A stretch of 64,000 nt of DNA. Origin: an uncultured Bacilli bacterium (GTDB lineage Bacteria; Bacillota_I; Bacilli_A; RFN20; CAG-826). The notes under the pieces are model-generated. The model saw only the letters and a program-made list of their open reading frames with translations, did not search any database and was not told the origin of the DNA. Shown here piece by piece: positions 27,805 to 41,315 of the stretch. Made by a program: the position numbers and the translations under genes. The stretch covers positions 1,120-65,119 of the forward strand of contig CALWAS010000018.1 of assembly GCA_944375905.1 (NCBI GenBank), written 5' to 3'. Numbering within the stretch: position 1 is the stretch's first letter; each line of letters begins with the position of its first letter.

Positions 27805-29270
27805 AGTTTTCCCTCCTTTTTGTTCATGACGGAAAGGCCGGAGAGGCCGCTTATCTCCTCAAGCGCCTTGGCAAAGGCGAATAGCGGTCCTTCCTCATAG
27901 GCCCTGGCCATCGCGTTCACCCCGAGCGGCATCCCGCTTTCGAAAGCGAGCGGAACCGTGATCGAGGGAAGGCCGGCGAAATTGCCGAGGGCCAGATGGT
28001 TGTCGTCGATGAGATACTCGGCGGATAGCTTGTCGGAGGCGTCGACGAAGCGCGGGGCAATCGAAGGCGCGGCCGGGAGATAGACGATGTCGTGATTTTG
28101 ATAGATCTCGCTTAGGCGGTCGACGATCATGTGGCGGAGCCGCTGGGCGCGCAGGAACAGCTCTTCCTGGTTCTCGGCCATCAGGCAATAGCTTCCGATG
28201 ACGAAGCGGCGCTTGATGAGTTCGCTGAAGCCGGCGGTCCGGGCCTTGCTCATCGCTTCCTCGTAGTTCTTGCCATCGTAATAGGGGCCGAACTTGATGC
28301 CGTCGAGGTTTGCGTCGTTGCTCGTCGCCTCGGCGCAGGAAATGACCATGTAGGCCGGGTAGACGGCCTTGAGGAGGTCGAGGCCGAAACTGACTTCCTC
28401 GACGATGGCCCCCCGCTTCTTGAGCTCTTCGAGCGAAGAAAGGAACTTTTCCTTCATCGTCTCGTCCTTGAGGGAGGAGACGATTTCCGAGAAATAGCAG
28501 ACGCGGACGCCGGAGATTCCCTTATCGAGGTAGGAGGCGTAGTCCTCCACCGGGCGATAGGAAGAAGTCATGTCCTTGTCGTCCCTTCCGGCGAGGAAGG
28601 AAAGAAGAACGGCGGAACTCGCGACGTCGCGAGTGAAATAGCCGACGTGATCGAGGGATGGGGCAAAGGGGAAAAGCCCGAAGCGGGAAATCCTTCCCCA
28701 GCTCGGCTTCATCCCGACGAGCCCGGCGAAGGAAGCCGGCTTCCTCACCGAGTCGCCGGTGTCGCTTCCGAGGGCAAAGGAACCGATTCCAGAGGCAAGG
28801 GCCGCGGCCGATCCGGAGGAAGAGCCCCCAACCATCCGCTCGTGGGAGGGGTCGTACGGGTTATAGGTCATGCCGATATGGGAGGTCGTTCCCGTCCCGC
28901 CCATCGCGAGTTCGTCGAGCGAGGTCTTGGCGATGAGGACGCACTTCCTTTCCTTGAGCCGGGCGATGACTTCGGCATCGAAAAGGGGAACGTAGCCCTT
29001 TAGCACATTGCTCGAGGCCGTCGTCTCGATTCCCTTCGTCGAGAAGTTGTCCTTGGCTAAATAGGGAATGCCCCAGAGGACATTGTCCTTTTCGGGCTCG
29101 ACGAGCTGCTCGGCTTCCTTGAGCGCCTCCTCCTCGAGGATCTTCTCGAAGGCGTTGCAGTCATTTTCCTTGGCCCGCCTTATGGCTTCTTTGCATAGTT
29201 CCAGCGGGGTCGTCTTCTTCTCCACGAGGGCCTCGTGGAGAGAGAGGATATCCATGTCGAGATAGTTCAT
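27801..29270 (-). CDS. gatA: Asp/Glu-tRNA amidotransferase subunit A
   Basis: KDN, DELAMG, GGSSSGSAAA, GSDTGDSVRKPA amidase signature. Confidence 0.97.
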   Translation of the reverse strand: MNYLDMDILSLHEALVEKKTTPLELCKEAIRRAKENDCNAFEKILEEEALKEAEQLVEPEKDNVLWGIPYLAKDNFSTKGIETTASSNVLKGYVPLFDAEVIARLKERKCVLIAKTSLDELAMGGTGTTSHIGMTYNPYDPSHERMVGGSSSGSAAALASGIGSFALGSDTGDSVRKPASFAGLVGMKPSWGRISRFGLFPFAPSLDHVGYFTRDVASSAVLLSFLAGRDDKDMTSSYRPVEDYASYLDKGISGVRVCYFSEIVSSLKDETMKEKFLSSLEELKKRGAIVEEVSFGLDLLKAVYPAYMVISCAEATSNDANLDGIKFGPYYDGKNYEEAMSKARTAGFSELIKRRFVIGSYCLMAENQEELFLRAQRLRHMIVDRLSEIYQNHDIVYLPAAPSIAPRFVDASDKLSAEYLIDDNHLALGNFAGLPSITVPLAFESGMPLGVNAMARAYEEGPLFAFAKALEEISGLSGLSVMNKKEGKL

Positions 29271-29566
29271 CAGCCTACCACCTTCGGGAGCTTGATCTCC
29301 CCGTCTTTCACGTTGCCGGCGTTCTTGAGGACGTCTTCCTCGCTGAGCGGCTCGGCCGGGACGTCGTCCCGGAGATACGAATTAGATACATCGAAGGGGA
29401 AGGTCATCGGCTCGAATTTCTCGATGCCCCTCACTTCCTTCATCATCTCCATCTGCTTGGTAAGGATGGAAAACTCCTCAAGCAGGGTGTCGAGTTCCTC
29501 GCCCTTCATCGAGAAGAGCAGGCGCGTGCTCGCGTCGATGAGGACGTCGCGGTTTACTTTCTTCAT
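29270..29566 (-). CDS. gatC: Asp/Glu-tRNA amidotransferase subunit C
   Basis: 98 aa with LRDD, VLKNA, PKVV. Directly upstream of gatA. Confidence 0.92.
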   Translation of the reverse strand: MKKVNRDVLIDASTRLLFSMKGEELDTLLEEFSILTKQMEMMKEVRGIEKFEPMTFPFDVSNSYLRDDVPAEPLSEEDVLKNAGNVKDGEIKLPKVVG

Positions 29567-29569
29567 TTT

Positions 29570-33906
<4,337 letters not shown>

Positions 33907-34024
33907 AGATGAATTGAAGTCGCCAATAGTTTAGGTTCCTTCCGCTCCCTTTAGTAGTCTTGACAAGAGGCAAAGCCTCTTTGGCCTATCCCTAATCGGC
34001 CCGCTTTGGGCGATAATCTAGCCA

Positions 34025-34954
34025 ATGAAAGACATCTTCAGGCCGAGGAAGGGACTAGCCGAAAACGTTGCTTTCCTTTCTCTTTTCGCGGCCATCGACG
34101 CGGTTCTTGCCCTCTTAATGTCCTTTGTTCCGCTCTCCTCCCTTTTCGTCATCGTCTTCCTGCCGGGAGTCTCTTCCTTCGCCTCTTTTTTGGCCGAGAA
34201 GAAATACCTTCCTGTCTATGCCGTCGGGGCATCGCTCCTATCGGTGGCCTTCTCCTTCCACGACCTCGGATCGGCCCTCTTTTACGTCGTTCCGGCCGTA
34301 TTGAGCGGAACCCTTCTCGGGCTTTTCGTCTCCAAGGGCTACGACTTCGGGCTTGCCATCTTCGCCGCCGCCTTCTTAAACACCGGCTTTGCCTATCTTT
34401 CTTTGCCGATAAGCAAGGCGCTCACAGGCGTCGATTTCGTTGAATTCGCCCTTGTTTTGCTCGGAATATCGGAGAAGGAAGGGGTTTATGAGATCATTCC
34501 GTCCTTCTTCTTCGCCTATGGGGCCGCCGCCTCTTCCCTATCGGCCTTCTTCGTTTCCTACCTCTCGAAAAGATTCATGGGCGAGGAGAGGAAGGAATCC
34601 CGGGTTGGGGAACTCCTTTCCCCTGGCCTATCGCTCCTCCTCGCCGCTATCGGACTCGCCTTATCGTGGGCATCCGTTCTCTTCTCGCTTCTTCTTTTCT
34701 CGATGGCCCTGCTTCTCGCCTTCATGGGGGCCCCGTCCCTATTCAGGAAAAACCCGTGGTGGGTTTTTGCCCTGCTCGTCGTCCTCGAGTTCGGGGCCCT
34801 CTTCCTTTTCGCCTATCTCGTCGACGGCGGCATCGGCCTCGATTCCGCTGCCAAGCTTTCCCTTTTCCTTCTCCCTTTTTCTTTCCTCAGCCTCGTATCG
34901 GCCGCGTTGCCCTATCTAGGGCCAGGAACTAAAATGGGCCGAGGCAAAAAATGA
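34025..34954 (+). CDS. Multi-pass membrane protein (possibly DUF2232/YybS-like)
   Basis: About 9 hydrophobic segments. First gene of a three-gene overlapping operon. Family call is by resemblance only. Confidence 0.7.
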   Translation: MKDIFRPRKGLAENVAFLSLFAAIDAVLALLMSFVPLSSLFVIVFLPGVSSFASFLAEKKYLPVYAVGASLLSVAFSFHDLGSALFYVVPAVLSGTLLGLFVSKGYDFGLAIFAAAFLNTGFAYLSLPISKALTGVDFVEFALVLLGISEKEGVYEIIPSFFFAYGAAASSLSAFFVSYLSKRFMGEERKESRVGELLSPGLSLLLAAIGLALSWASVLFSLLLFSMALLLAFMGAPSLFRKNPWWVFALLVVLEFGALFLFAYLVDGGIGLDSAAKLSLFLLPFSFLSLVSAALPYLGPGTKMGRGKK

Positions 34955-35472
34955 AATTCCTCAAGAACTTCGCCTTGGGGCTCCTCTGGGCCTTCCTCTC
35001 GCCCCTTCTATTGGCCATTCTGGTCATCTTCGGGGCCTATGCGCTTTTCGTTTACCTCATCGAATGCGGCAAATGCCTGATTCGCTTCTTCCAGGGAAAG
35101 AGCTTCTTCCCGCCCCTCGACGAGGACATCATGGTCGCCAAGATCAAGGAGAGGGAAATGAAGGAACTCCTCGGCGAAAAAGAAGAGGAGAAGAAAGAGG
35201 AAGCTCCCGCCGCCCCGGCTTCCCAAAGCGTTTACGTCCAGCAGAATTTCTATCAGGCTCCGCCGATGGGAGGAGCCCCCTTCCCCGGCTACATCCCCCC
35301 TTACCAAGGGGCCATTCCGCCTTCCGTTAGCCAAGGGACGGGCCCGGTTCCGCCCTTGGATGCCATCCCCGGCGTCGGAACGCCTCTCCAGCCTCCCTTC
35401 GTTGACGGCTCGGTAGAGACTCCTCCCCCGCTTGAATACAAAGGCGAAGAGCAAGGAGACAAGAAGCAATGA
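34951..35472 (+). CDS. Hypothetical membrane-anchored protein with a Pro-rich tail
   Basis: N-terminal TM, Glu/Lys linker, Pro/Gly-rich C-terminus. ATGA overlaps at both ends. Confidence 0.75.
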   Translation: MKFLKNFALGLLWAFLSPLLLAILVIFGAYALFVYLIECGKCLIRFFQGKSFFPPLDEDIMVAKIKEREMKELLGEKEEEKKEEAPAAPASQSVYVQQNFYQAPPMGGAPFPGYIPPYQGAIPPSVSQGTGPVPPLDAIPGVGTPLQPPFVDGSVETPPPLEYKGEEQGDKKQ

Positions 35473-36179
35473 ACGCGCTCGTCGGCATCACGCTAAACGA
35501 AAACGACCGTCGGCTGCTCGTCATTTTCCTTATCGTCTTGCTGGTCCTCTTCATCATCCTCGGACTCGTCGGGATGGCGATTCGCAGTCTTTTCATTAGC
35601 CAAGGAAAGAGAGTCGACAACGAGCTTCACGATGCCGTCGTCTACCGGGTCATCGGCTCGCCCGAAGCCCTCAGGAAATACGGGCGCAAGAAAAACGCCC
35701 AGCTTTTCGTTCGCCAGTCGTCGCCTGCCATCCTCATCGGGATCTTCCTTATTGCCTTCTACCTCGTCTATTCCTCGATAAGCGGCGAATGGACAGTCGA
35801 CCACTTCTCGCGCTTCGGCACCCTCTTCTACGAATACGATTGGGAAGACGAATCGATTTACGTCACCCTATGGGGAATGAGGCTTCTCAACGAGTGGCCG
35901 CCCCTCGTCCACGGGCCATACCTCGATCCGGAGTACTGGGCCTCCTACGTCATCGTCCCCCTCTTGCTCGTCTTTGCCGTCTACTACCTCGTGGCCAGCA
36001 TGGCCTACCTTTCGCGCACGATCATGCTCAACCGGCGGGCGCGGAGCGTCTATGAGAAAACCCTCGAGGGATACAATTTCTACGATGCTTTGAAGGGCGA
36101 TAAGGAAAAGGCCCTCGCGAGCGAAGCCGCGAAGGCCGACATAAAGAAGGAAGAGGAAGCTAAAGAGCAAAAATCATGA
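35469..36179 (+). CDS. Hypothetical membrane protein (3 TMs)
   Basis: AAGGAG upstream, ATGA overlap, three hydrophobic segments. Confidence 0.8.
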   Translation: MNALVGITLNENDRRLLVIFLIVLLVLFIILGLVGMAIRSLFISQGKRVDNELHDAVVYRVIGSPEALRKYGRKKNAQLFVRQSSPAILIGIFLIAFYLVYSSISGEWTVDHFSRFGTLFYEYDWEDESIYVTLWGMRLLNEWPPLVHGPYLDPEYWASYVIVPLLLVFAVYYLVASMAYLSRTIMLNRRARSVYEKTLEGYNFYDALKGDKEKALASEAAKADIKKEEEAKEQKS

Positions 36180-36297
36180 TGATCTCGGCCACGATAAGGC
36201 CGAGCATCACAAGGCAAAGGGCCAAGACGAGGAAAGTGAGGCGCTTCGAGGAAAGCGCCTTTCTTTCTTCTTCGGTGACGATCTTGCTTTCTTCCAT
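36160..36297 (-). CDS. 45-aa single-TM small protein (not in the ORF track)
   Basis: AAGGAG then ATG at 36297. Translates to MEESKIVTEEERKALSSKRLTFLVLALCLVMLGLIVAEIIMIFAL. Starts 11 nt after the asnS stop. Confidence 0.7.
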   Translation of the reverse strand: MEESKIVTEEERKALSSKRLTFLVLALCLVMLGLIVAEIIMIFAL

Positions 36298-36308
36298 CTA
36301 TCGGCTCC

Positions 36309-37679
36309 TTAGTAACGAAGGGTCCCGGAGGTTCTCGGGTAGGGTTCGGTGTCCCTGATGTTGGCGATACCCGTAATGTAGCTTAGGAAGCGGTCGAAGC
36401 CAAGCCCGAAGCCGGCATGGGGAGCGCTCCCGTAGCGGCGGAGGTTGTAGTACCACTCGAGCCCGTCGAAGTTGCCGAGTTTATCCATCTTGGCCTTGAG
36501 CACTTCGGGGCGGACTTCCCTCTCGCTTCCCCCGACGATTTCCCCTTCGCCCGGAACGAGAAGGTCGCAGGCGGCGACGGTCTTGCCATCGTCGTTTTCC
36601 TTCATGTAGAAGGCCTTGATCTCCTTCGGGTAGTCGATGAGGAATAGCGGGCCGCCGGCATGCTCCTCGGTAAGGTAACGCTCATGCTCGCTTTGCAAGT
36701 CCATTCCCCACTTGATGTCGGCGTTCTCGAACTTGTGGCCGTTCTTCACCGCTTCTTCGAGGATCTTGATTCCCTCGCTATAGGTCATCCGCTTGAAGGG
36801 AGCCGATTCGACCTTCCTGAGCTTCTCGAGAAGGCCAGGCTGGATGAACTTGTCGAAGAAGGCCATCTCGTCGGGGCAAAGCCTCAGCGTTTCCCTGATG
36901 AGGTATTTGAGGAAGTCTTCGATGAGCTCCATGTCGTCTTCGAGGTGGGCGAAGGCGATTTCCGGCTCGATCATCCAGAACTCGGCGGCGTGGCGCGGGG
37001 TGTTGCTCTTCTCCGCCCGGAAAGTCGGGCCGAAGGTATAGACGTCCTTGAAAGCCAAGGCGAAAGCCTCGACGTGAAGCTGGCCGGAAACGGTCAACGA
37101 GGCCCTCCGCCCGAAGAAGTCCTTGTAGGGATCCTTGGCGCCGGTCGCGACGGTGAATACCTGCCCGGCTCCCTCCGCGTCGTTGGCGGTGATTTCCGGG
37201 GTGTGGACATAGACGAAGCCCCGTTCCTGAAAATAGCGATGGATGTTCATCGCAAGGACCGAGCGGACCCGGTAAAGAGCCTGGAAGGTGTTGGCCCGCG
37301 GCCGTAGATAGGCCTGCTCGCGAAGGAATTCGAAAGAGGCCCGTTTCTTCTGCAGGGGATAGTCTTCGTCGACGTCTCCGACGAGGACGATGTTCGAGGC
37401 ATGGATCTCGAATGGCTGCTTGGCCTCCGGGGTAAGGAGGAAGCTGCCGGTCACTTCGATGGCCGCACCCGTGCGGAGGCGCGAGTACTCGCTTTCCCCC
37501 TTATAGACGATCTGAACGCCCTTGAAGACGGTTCCGTCATGAAGCTCGATGAAGCCGATTTGGCCGTTGTCGCGGTTCGTCCTGATCCAACCGTCGACGA
37601 CGATTTCCTCTTTGGATAGTTCCGCCCCGCTATCTAGGTAGAGCGAATACAAATCGCGGACCGTAAGCTTTTTGGCCAT
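36309..37679 (-). CDS. asnS: Asparagine--tRNA ligase
   Basis: YPLQKK, LTVSGQL, TFGPTFRAE.S.T.RHAAEFWMIEPE, DLQSEHERYL, GFGLGFDR. AAGGAG before ATG 37679. Confidence 0.97.
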   Translation of the reverse strand: MAKKLTVRDLYSLYLDSGAELSKEEIVVDGWIRTNRDNGQIGFIELHDGTVFKGVQIVYKGESEYSRLRTGAAIEVTGSFLLTPEAKQPFEIHASNIVLVGDVDEDYPLQKKRASFEFLREQAYLRPRANTFQALYRVRSVLAMNIHRYFQERGFVYVHTPEITANDAEGAGQVFTVATGAKDPYKDFFGRRASLTVSGQLHVEAFALAFKDVYTFGPTFRAEKSNTPRHAAEFWMIEPEIAFAHLEDDMELIEDFLKYLIRETLRLCPDEMAFFDKFIQPGLLEKLRKVESAPFKRMTYSEGIKILEEAVKNGHKFENADIKWGMDLQSEHERYLTEEHAGGPLFLIDYPKEIKAFYMKENDDGKTVAACDLLVPGEGEIVGGSEREVRPEVLKAKMDKLGNFDGLEWYYNLRRYGSAPHAGFGLGFDRFLSYITGIANIRDTEPYPRTSGTLRY

Positions 37680-37746
37680 CGTTAAACTCCTTTGCTGATG
37701 CCCCGATATTGTAGAGCAAGCGCGGTTTTTTGCCATTTCGGAAATG

Positions 37747-37769
37747 AAAAAGGCGGCAAGATGCCGCCT
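37747..37769 (-). terminator. Intrinsic terminator after tsaD
   Basis: AGGCGGCA/TGCCGCCT stem followed by a T-run on the minus strand. Confidence 0.75.
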
Positions 37770-37788
37770 AAAAGCGAAGGCAAAGCGA

Positions 37789-38820
37789 CTAGAACTCCCG
37801 GAAATCCTCGATTTGCCAGTTCGGATCGACGTCGATGTCCAATGAGCAGACGATGCCGGCCTTGAAGAGCTTTTCGGCCACCTTGGTAATCATGGCCGCG
37901 TTGTCGGTCGTGCACCAAAGAGGCGGGATCGTCAGCTTGATGCCGGTTCCCTCGAAGGCCTTCGTGGCTTCCGCGCGAAGGTAGGAATTGGCGCTTACCC
38001 CTCCAGCCAAGACGACTTGCCTGACCTTGAATTCCCTTGCCGCGGCCAGGGCCCGCTCGACGATCGGGTCGATCGCCGCCTTCTCGAAGCTCATCGCGAC
38101 GTCGTCGATCGAGTAGCTCTCGCCCTTGACGCGTTTATGCTCGGCGAAGTTGAGGACGGCCGTCTTGAGGCCGGAATAGGAAAACGAGTAGTCGTACTTC
38201 TCGGTCCCTGGAATGTGATGGAGGGGCTGGGACGGGAAATCGTAAATGGCCTTTCCTTTTTTCGCGTGCTGGTCGATCGGAAGGCCGCCGGGATAGGGAA
38301 GGCCGAGTATCCTGGCCACTTTGTCGAAGCTTTCCCCGACCGCGTCGTCCTTCGTCTCGCCGATGATCTTGAAGGAAAGCGGGCCTTCCATCAAAACGAG
38401 CTCGGTATTGCCTCCGGAAACGACGACCGCAAGAAGCGGGAACTCGAAGGTATCCACGAATTCGTTGGCATATATGTGGCCAGCCAGGTGATGGACCGGG
38501 ACGAGAGGCTTATGGTAAAGCATGGCGAGAGCCTTGGCCGCTTCGCAAGCCGCGTGGAGGGAGCCGATGAGGCCCGGGCCTCTCGTGAAGCCGATGGCAT
38601 CGAGATCCTCGTAGCCGACATTAGCCTTTTCCATCGCTTCCTTGAGGACGACCCCTATGTTCTCGACGTGCAGGCGGCTTGCCACCTCCGGCATGACGCC
38701 GCCGTACTTGGCATGGATGTCGGCTTGGGAGGAAATGACGCTCGAGAGAAGCTTCCCGTCTTCGACGACGGCCGCCGCGGTTTCGTCACAGCTCGATTCG
38801 ATTCCTAGTATGAGACTCAT
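37789..38820 (-). CDS. tsaD: tRNA t6A threonylcarbamoyltransferase
   Basis: MSLILGIESSCDET, GGVMPEVASR.H, HHLAGH, VSGGNT, DDAVGE.FDK, GGVSAN, TDNAAMI. The ORF-track start at 39402 is over-extended. Confidence 0.97.
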   Translation of the reverse strand: MSLILGIESSCDETAAAVVEDGKLLSSVISSQADIHAKYGGVMPEVASRLHVENIGVVLKEAMEKANVGYEDLDAIGFTRGPGLIGSLHAACEAAKALAMLYHKPLVPVHHLAGHIYANEFVDTFEFPLLAVVVSGGNTELVLMEGPLSFKIIGETKDDAVGESFDKVARILGLPYPGGLPIDQHAKKGKAIYDFPSQPLHHIPGTEKYDYSFSYSGLKTAVLNFAEHKRVKGESYSIDDVAMSFEKAAIDPIVERALAAAREFKVRQVVLAGGVSANSYLRAEATKAFEGTGIKLTIPPLWCTTDNAAMITKVAEKLFKAGIVCSLDIDVDPNWQIEDFREF

Positions 38821-39266
38821 GAAATAAGGCTCCTTAGTAAGTAGAGGGCGTCTTCGCCGTCCTCGTAATAGGCCCGCTTCGTAGTCACGAAGACATAGCC
38901 TTTTTTCTTGTAGAGATCGATGGCCGCTTGGTTGGATTTCCTCACCTCGAGGGTTATCCACTCGACCTGATCGCCCTCTTGGCTCCGGCAGATCCGCTCC
39001 ATCTCGTCCATGAGCGAAGAAGCGATTCCCCTTCTTCGATAGTCCGGGCTCACGGCAATGGCCATCACGGTCGCCGAGGTGAAGGTGATCATGAAGTCGA
39101 GCCAGGCAACGACCTTTCCGTCTTCCTCGTCGACGAGGATGCGGGAGAGCTCGTTTTCCTTGAATTCGGCCTCGATGGCTTTTTTCGGCCAGGCGCCTTT
39201 CTTGAAGGAAGCGGCCTCGACCTCGCTTATCGCGTCGAGGTCGGCCAATGTCGCCTCCCTTATCAC
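38817..39266 (-). CDS. rimI: RimI-like N-acetyltransferase
   Basis: GTG start overlapping the tsaB stop. IAVSPDYRRRGIA, LEVRKSN..AI.LY, YYEDGEDA. Confidence 0.9.
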   Translation of the reverse strand: MIREATLADLDAISEVEAASFKKGAWPKKAIEAEFKENELSRILVDEEDGKVVAWLDFMITFTSATVMAIAVSPDYRRRGIASSLMDEMERICRSQEGDQVEWITLEVRKSNQAAIDLYKKKGYVFVTTKRAYYEDGEDALYLLRSLIS

Positions 39267-39853
39267 CGGAGAGGCCCCCTGAGGTAGGCAGGGGCGGCCT
39301 TGAGAGTATCGACCGGCTCTCCGTCCTTGGCCTCCAGCATGTTGAGGAAGACGTTTCCCTTCGCGGTAGGCTCGATCCCGAGATAGGCCGTTTCCCCGGC
39401 AATCAGGCATTCCGGATTGGCCTTGAGGTAGGCAAGGACCTCGTCATTGCCCACGATGGTGTCCTCGACGAGAGCCTCGCCGCCTTCGTAGACGGCGAAA
39501 TAGCTCCTTTTTGCCCGGGCATCCATCATGATGGCCGTTTTCCTTTTCCCGTCCTTCATGATCTTGAGGCTCGAAACGAGGTAAAGCGGGACTCCGAGGG
39601 CAAGGGCCATGACCTTTCCGCCGGTCATCGCGATCCTCACCCCGGTATACGAACCGGGCCCGCGGCTTACGATGACGGAACCGATGTCGCTTCTTTCGGT
39701 CTTCGTCTCCTTGAGCAGCCGATCGAGCGTCGGAATCATGTCCTCGCTTTGCCTCATGTAGGCCTCTTGGTCATAGGAGGCGAGAATTCTCCCGTCTTCG
39801 GCGACGGCCACCCTTAGGTGGGTGAAGGAGGTATCTAGCAGGATGTCTTTCAT
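39263..39853 (-). CDS. tsaB: t6A biosynthesis protein TsaB
   Basis: LLDTS, GPGSYTGVRI, DAR, P.YLR. Start at ATG 39853. Confidence 0.93.
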   Translation of the reverse strand: MKDILLDTSFTHLRVAVAEDGRILASYDQEAYMRQSEDMIPTLDRLLKETKTERSDIGSVIVSRGPGSYTGVRIAMTGGKVMALALGVPLYLVSSLKIMKDGKRKTAIMMDARAKRSYFAVYEGGEALVEDTIVGNDEVLAYLKANPECLIAGETAYLGIEPTAKGNVFLNMLEAKDGEPVDTLKAAPAYLRGPLR

Positions 39854-40317
39854 TTTCCGAATATCCCCCTGAGCATTTCCTCGGCCCGCTTCCCCTTGGC
39901 CGTAAAGACGATTTTCCTTTGCTCGTCGCCTAGTTTCTCGAAATCGAGGACAAGGCACTCCTCGGGCAAAATCGCGGCAAGGTAAACGGGCCATTCGATG
40001 AAGGTGATTCCGTTTCCGTAAATCGCTTCTTCGAGGCCGATGTCGAGATTTTGCCCTTCGAGGCGGTACCCGTCGATGTGGTACATCGGGAGGCTTCCCT
40101 TGAAGTAGCACTTCAGGATATTGAAGGTCGGCGAAATGACCGGGTCCTTGACCCCGAGGGCCTCGCCCGCCCCTTTAACGAGGGTGGTCTTGCCGCTTCC
40201 AAGACCGCCGTTTAGAAGCACGACGTCGCCCGGCATCGCAAGCGACGCGATTTTCTTCCCTAGTTCCATCGTCTCCTCTTTCGAGGAGGTAATAAGACTG
40301 TTTTCCTTCATGGCCAT
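39850..40317 (-). CDS. tsaE: t6A biosynthesis ATPase TsaE
   Basis: GGLGSGKTT, SPTF, HIDGYRL, IEW. Confidence 0.96.
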   Translation of the reverse strand: MAMKENSLITSSKEETMELGKKIASLAMPGDVVLLNGGLGSGKTTLVKGAGEALGVKDPVISPTFNILKCYFKGSLPMYHIDGYRLEGQNLDIGLEEAIYGNGITFIEWPVYLAAILPEECLVLDFEKLGDEQRKIVFTAKGKRAEEMLRGIFGK

Positions 40318-40409
40318 GCCATTATAGGCTTTTTGGGCCGCTTCTATTTGAACGGCGAGTTTTTGATGTTTCCGTTTCCTATGCGGCTCAAAGCAACTAA
40401 CCTATGCGC

Positions 40410-41315
40410 ATGGAAAAATTCGAAGCCATTGTCTTAGGCGGCGGGCCGGTTGGGATGCACGCCTTCGCCCTGCTTAGGAAAAGCGGGGTCGACGTCGCCA
40501 TCTTAGAGGCATCGCCGTCGCTTGGAGGGCAACTCGAAAAACTCTACCCCAAAAAGACCGTCGACGACGTAAAGGGATATCCGCCGCTCAAGGGACATGA
40601 GCTCTTCTTGGCTTTCCTCAAGGAAATCGACATGGCTAGGGTGAGGCTAAATACCAAAGTCGCCTCCATCGAAAGGAAAGGCGATCTTTATTCAATCGCC
40701 ACCTCGAAGGGGGAATACCTCGCAAAGTTCGTCTTCCTGGCAACCGGGCTTGGCTTTTACGAGCCGAGGAAGCTCGGCCTTGAGGGGGAAGAGAAAGCCG
40801 GAAACATTCTTTATTCCCTCAAGGACCCCGAGGAACTCAAAGGAAAGAGGGTCGCCGTTTTCGGCGGCGGGGACAGCGCGCTCGACTGGGCAAGGGAACT
40901 TTCCGCTCTTTCCTCCGTCTCGCTTGTCCATCGTCGGGACGAATTCAGGGGCGATGGGAAAAAAATAAACGGCCTTCCCATCGACGTCTATCTTTCCTTC
41001 GTGCCGGACGAACTCGAATTAATAGACGGGGTTTGCAAGGGAATTTGGATAAAGTCTCTCAAAAGCGGAGGAAGAAAGCTCTTGCCGGTCGACTTCGTGC
41101 TCGTGAACTTCGGATCCGTCCCTTCCATCATCGACCTGCCATATCCGAAATCGAGCCAAGGATTCGGCTTGCTAAGCGATGAGAACTCCATGGTCGACGA
41201 TAACCTTTTCGCAATCGGGGACATTTCGTACAAGGAAGGCAAAAGAAAAAGGATGGAGCCCGGCTTCGAGGAAGCCGAGCGGGCCATCCGCTTCTGTCTT
41301 TCGAGGCGCGGCTAA
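40410..41315 (+). CDS. Ferredoxin/flavodoxin--NADP reductase (TrxR-type, YumC-like)
   Basis: GGGPVG, GGQL..LYP.K...DV.G, ATG.G, GGGDSALDWA, VHRR, FAIGD. No CxxC motif. Alternative start at 40404. Confidence 0.85.
   Translation: MEKFEAIVLGGGPVGMHAFALLRKSGVDVAILEASPSLGGQLEKLYPKKTVDDVKGYPPLKGHELFLAFLKEIDMARVRLNTKVASIERKGDLYSIATSKGEYLAKFVFLATGLGFYEPRKLGLEGEEKAGNILYSLKDPEELKGKRVAVFGGGDSALDWARELSALSSVSLVHRRDEFRGDGKKINGLPIDVYLSFVPDELELIDGVCKGIWIKSLKSGGRKLLPVDFVLVNFGSVPSIIDLPYPKSSQGFGLLSDENSMVDDNLFAIGDISYKEGKRKRMEPGFEEAERAIRFCLSRRG

Noticed and set aside
27801-29270. GatA variant GDSVRKP and possible genetic code 4
   Set aside because: The catalytic Ser is retained, and TGA clearly ends genes (e.g. 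24495, 34954), so the standard code applies.
37789-40111. Apparent N-terminally extended TsaD, RimI and TsaB
   Set aside because: Extensions are off-frame readings of upstream genes. True starts overlap upstream stops at 38820, 39266 and 39853.
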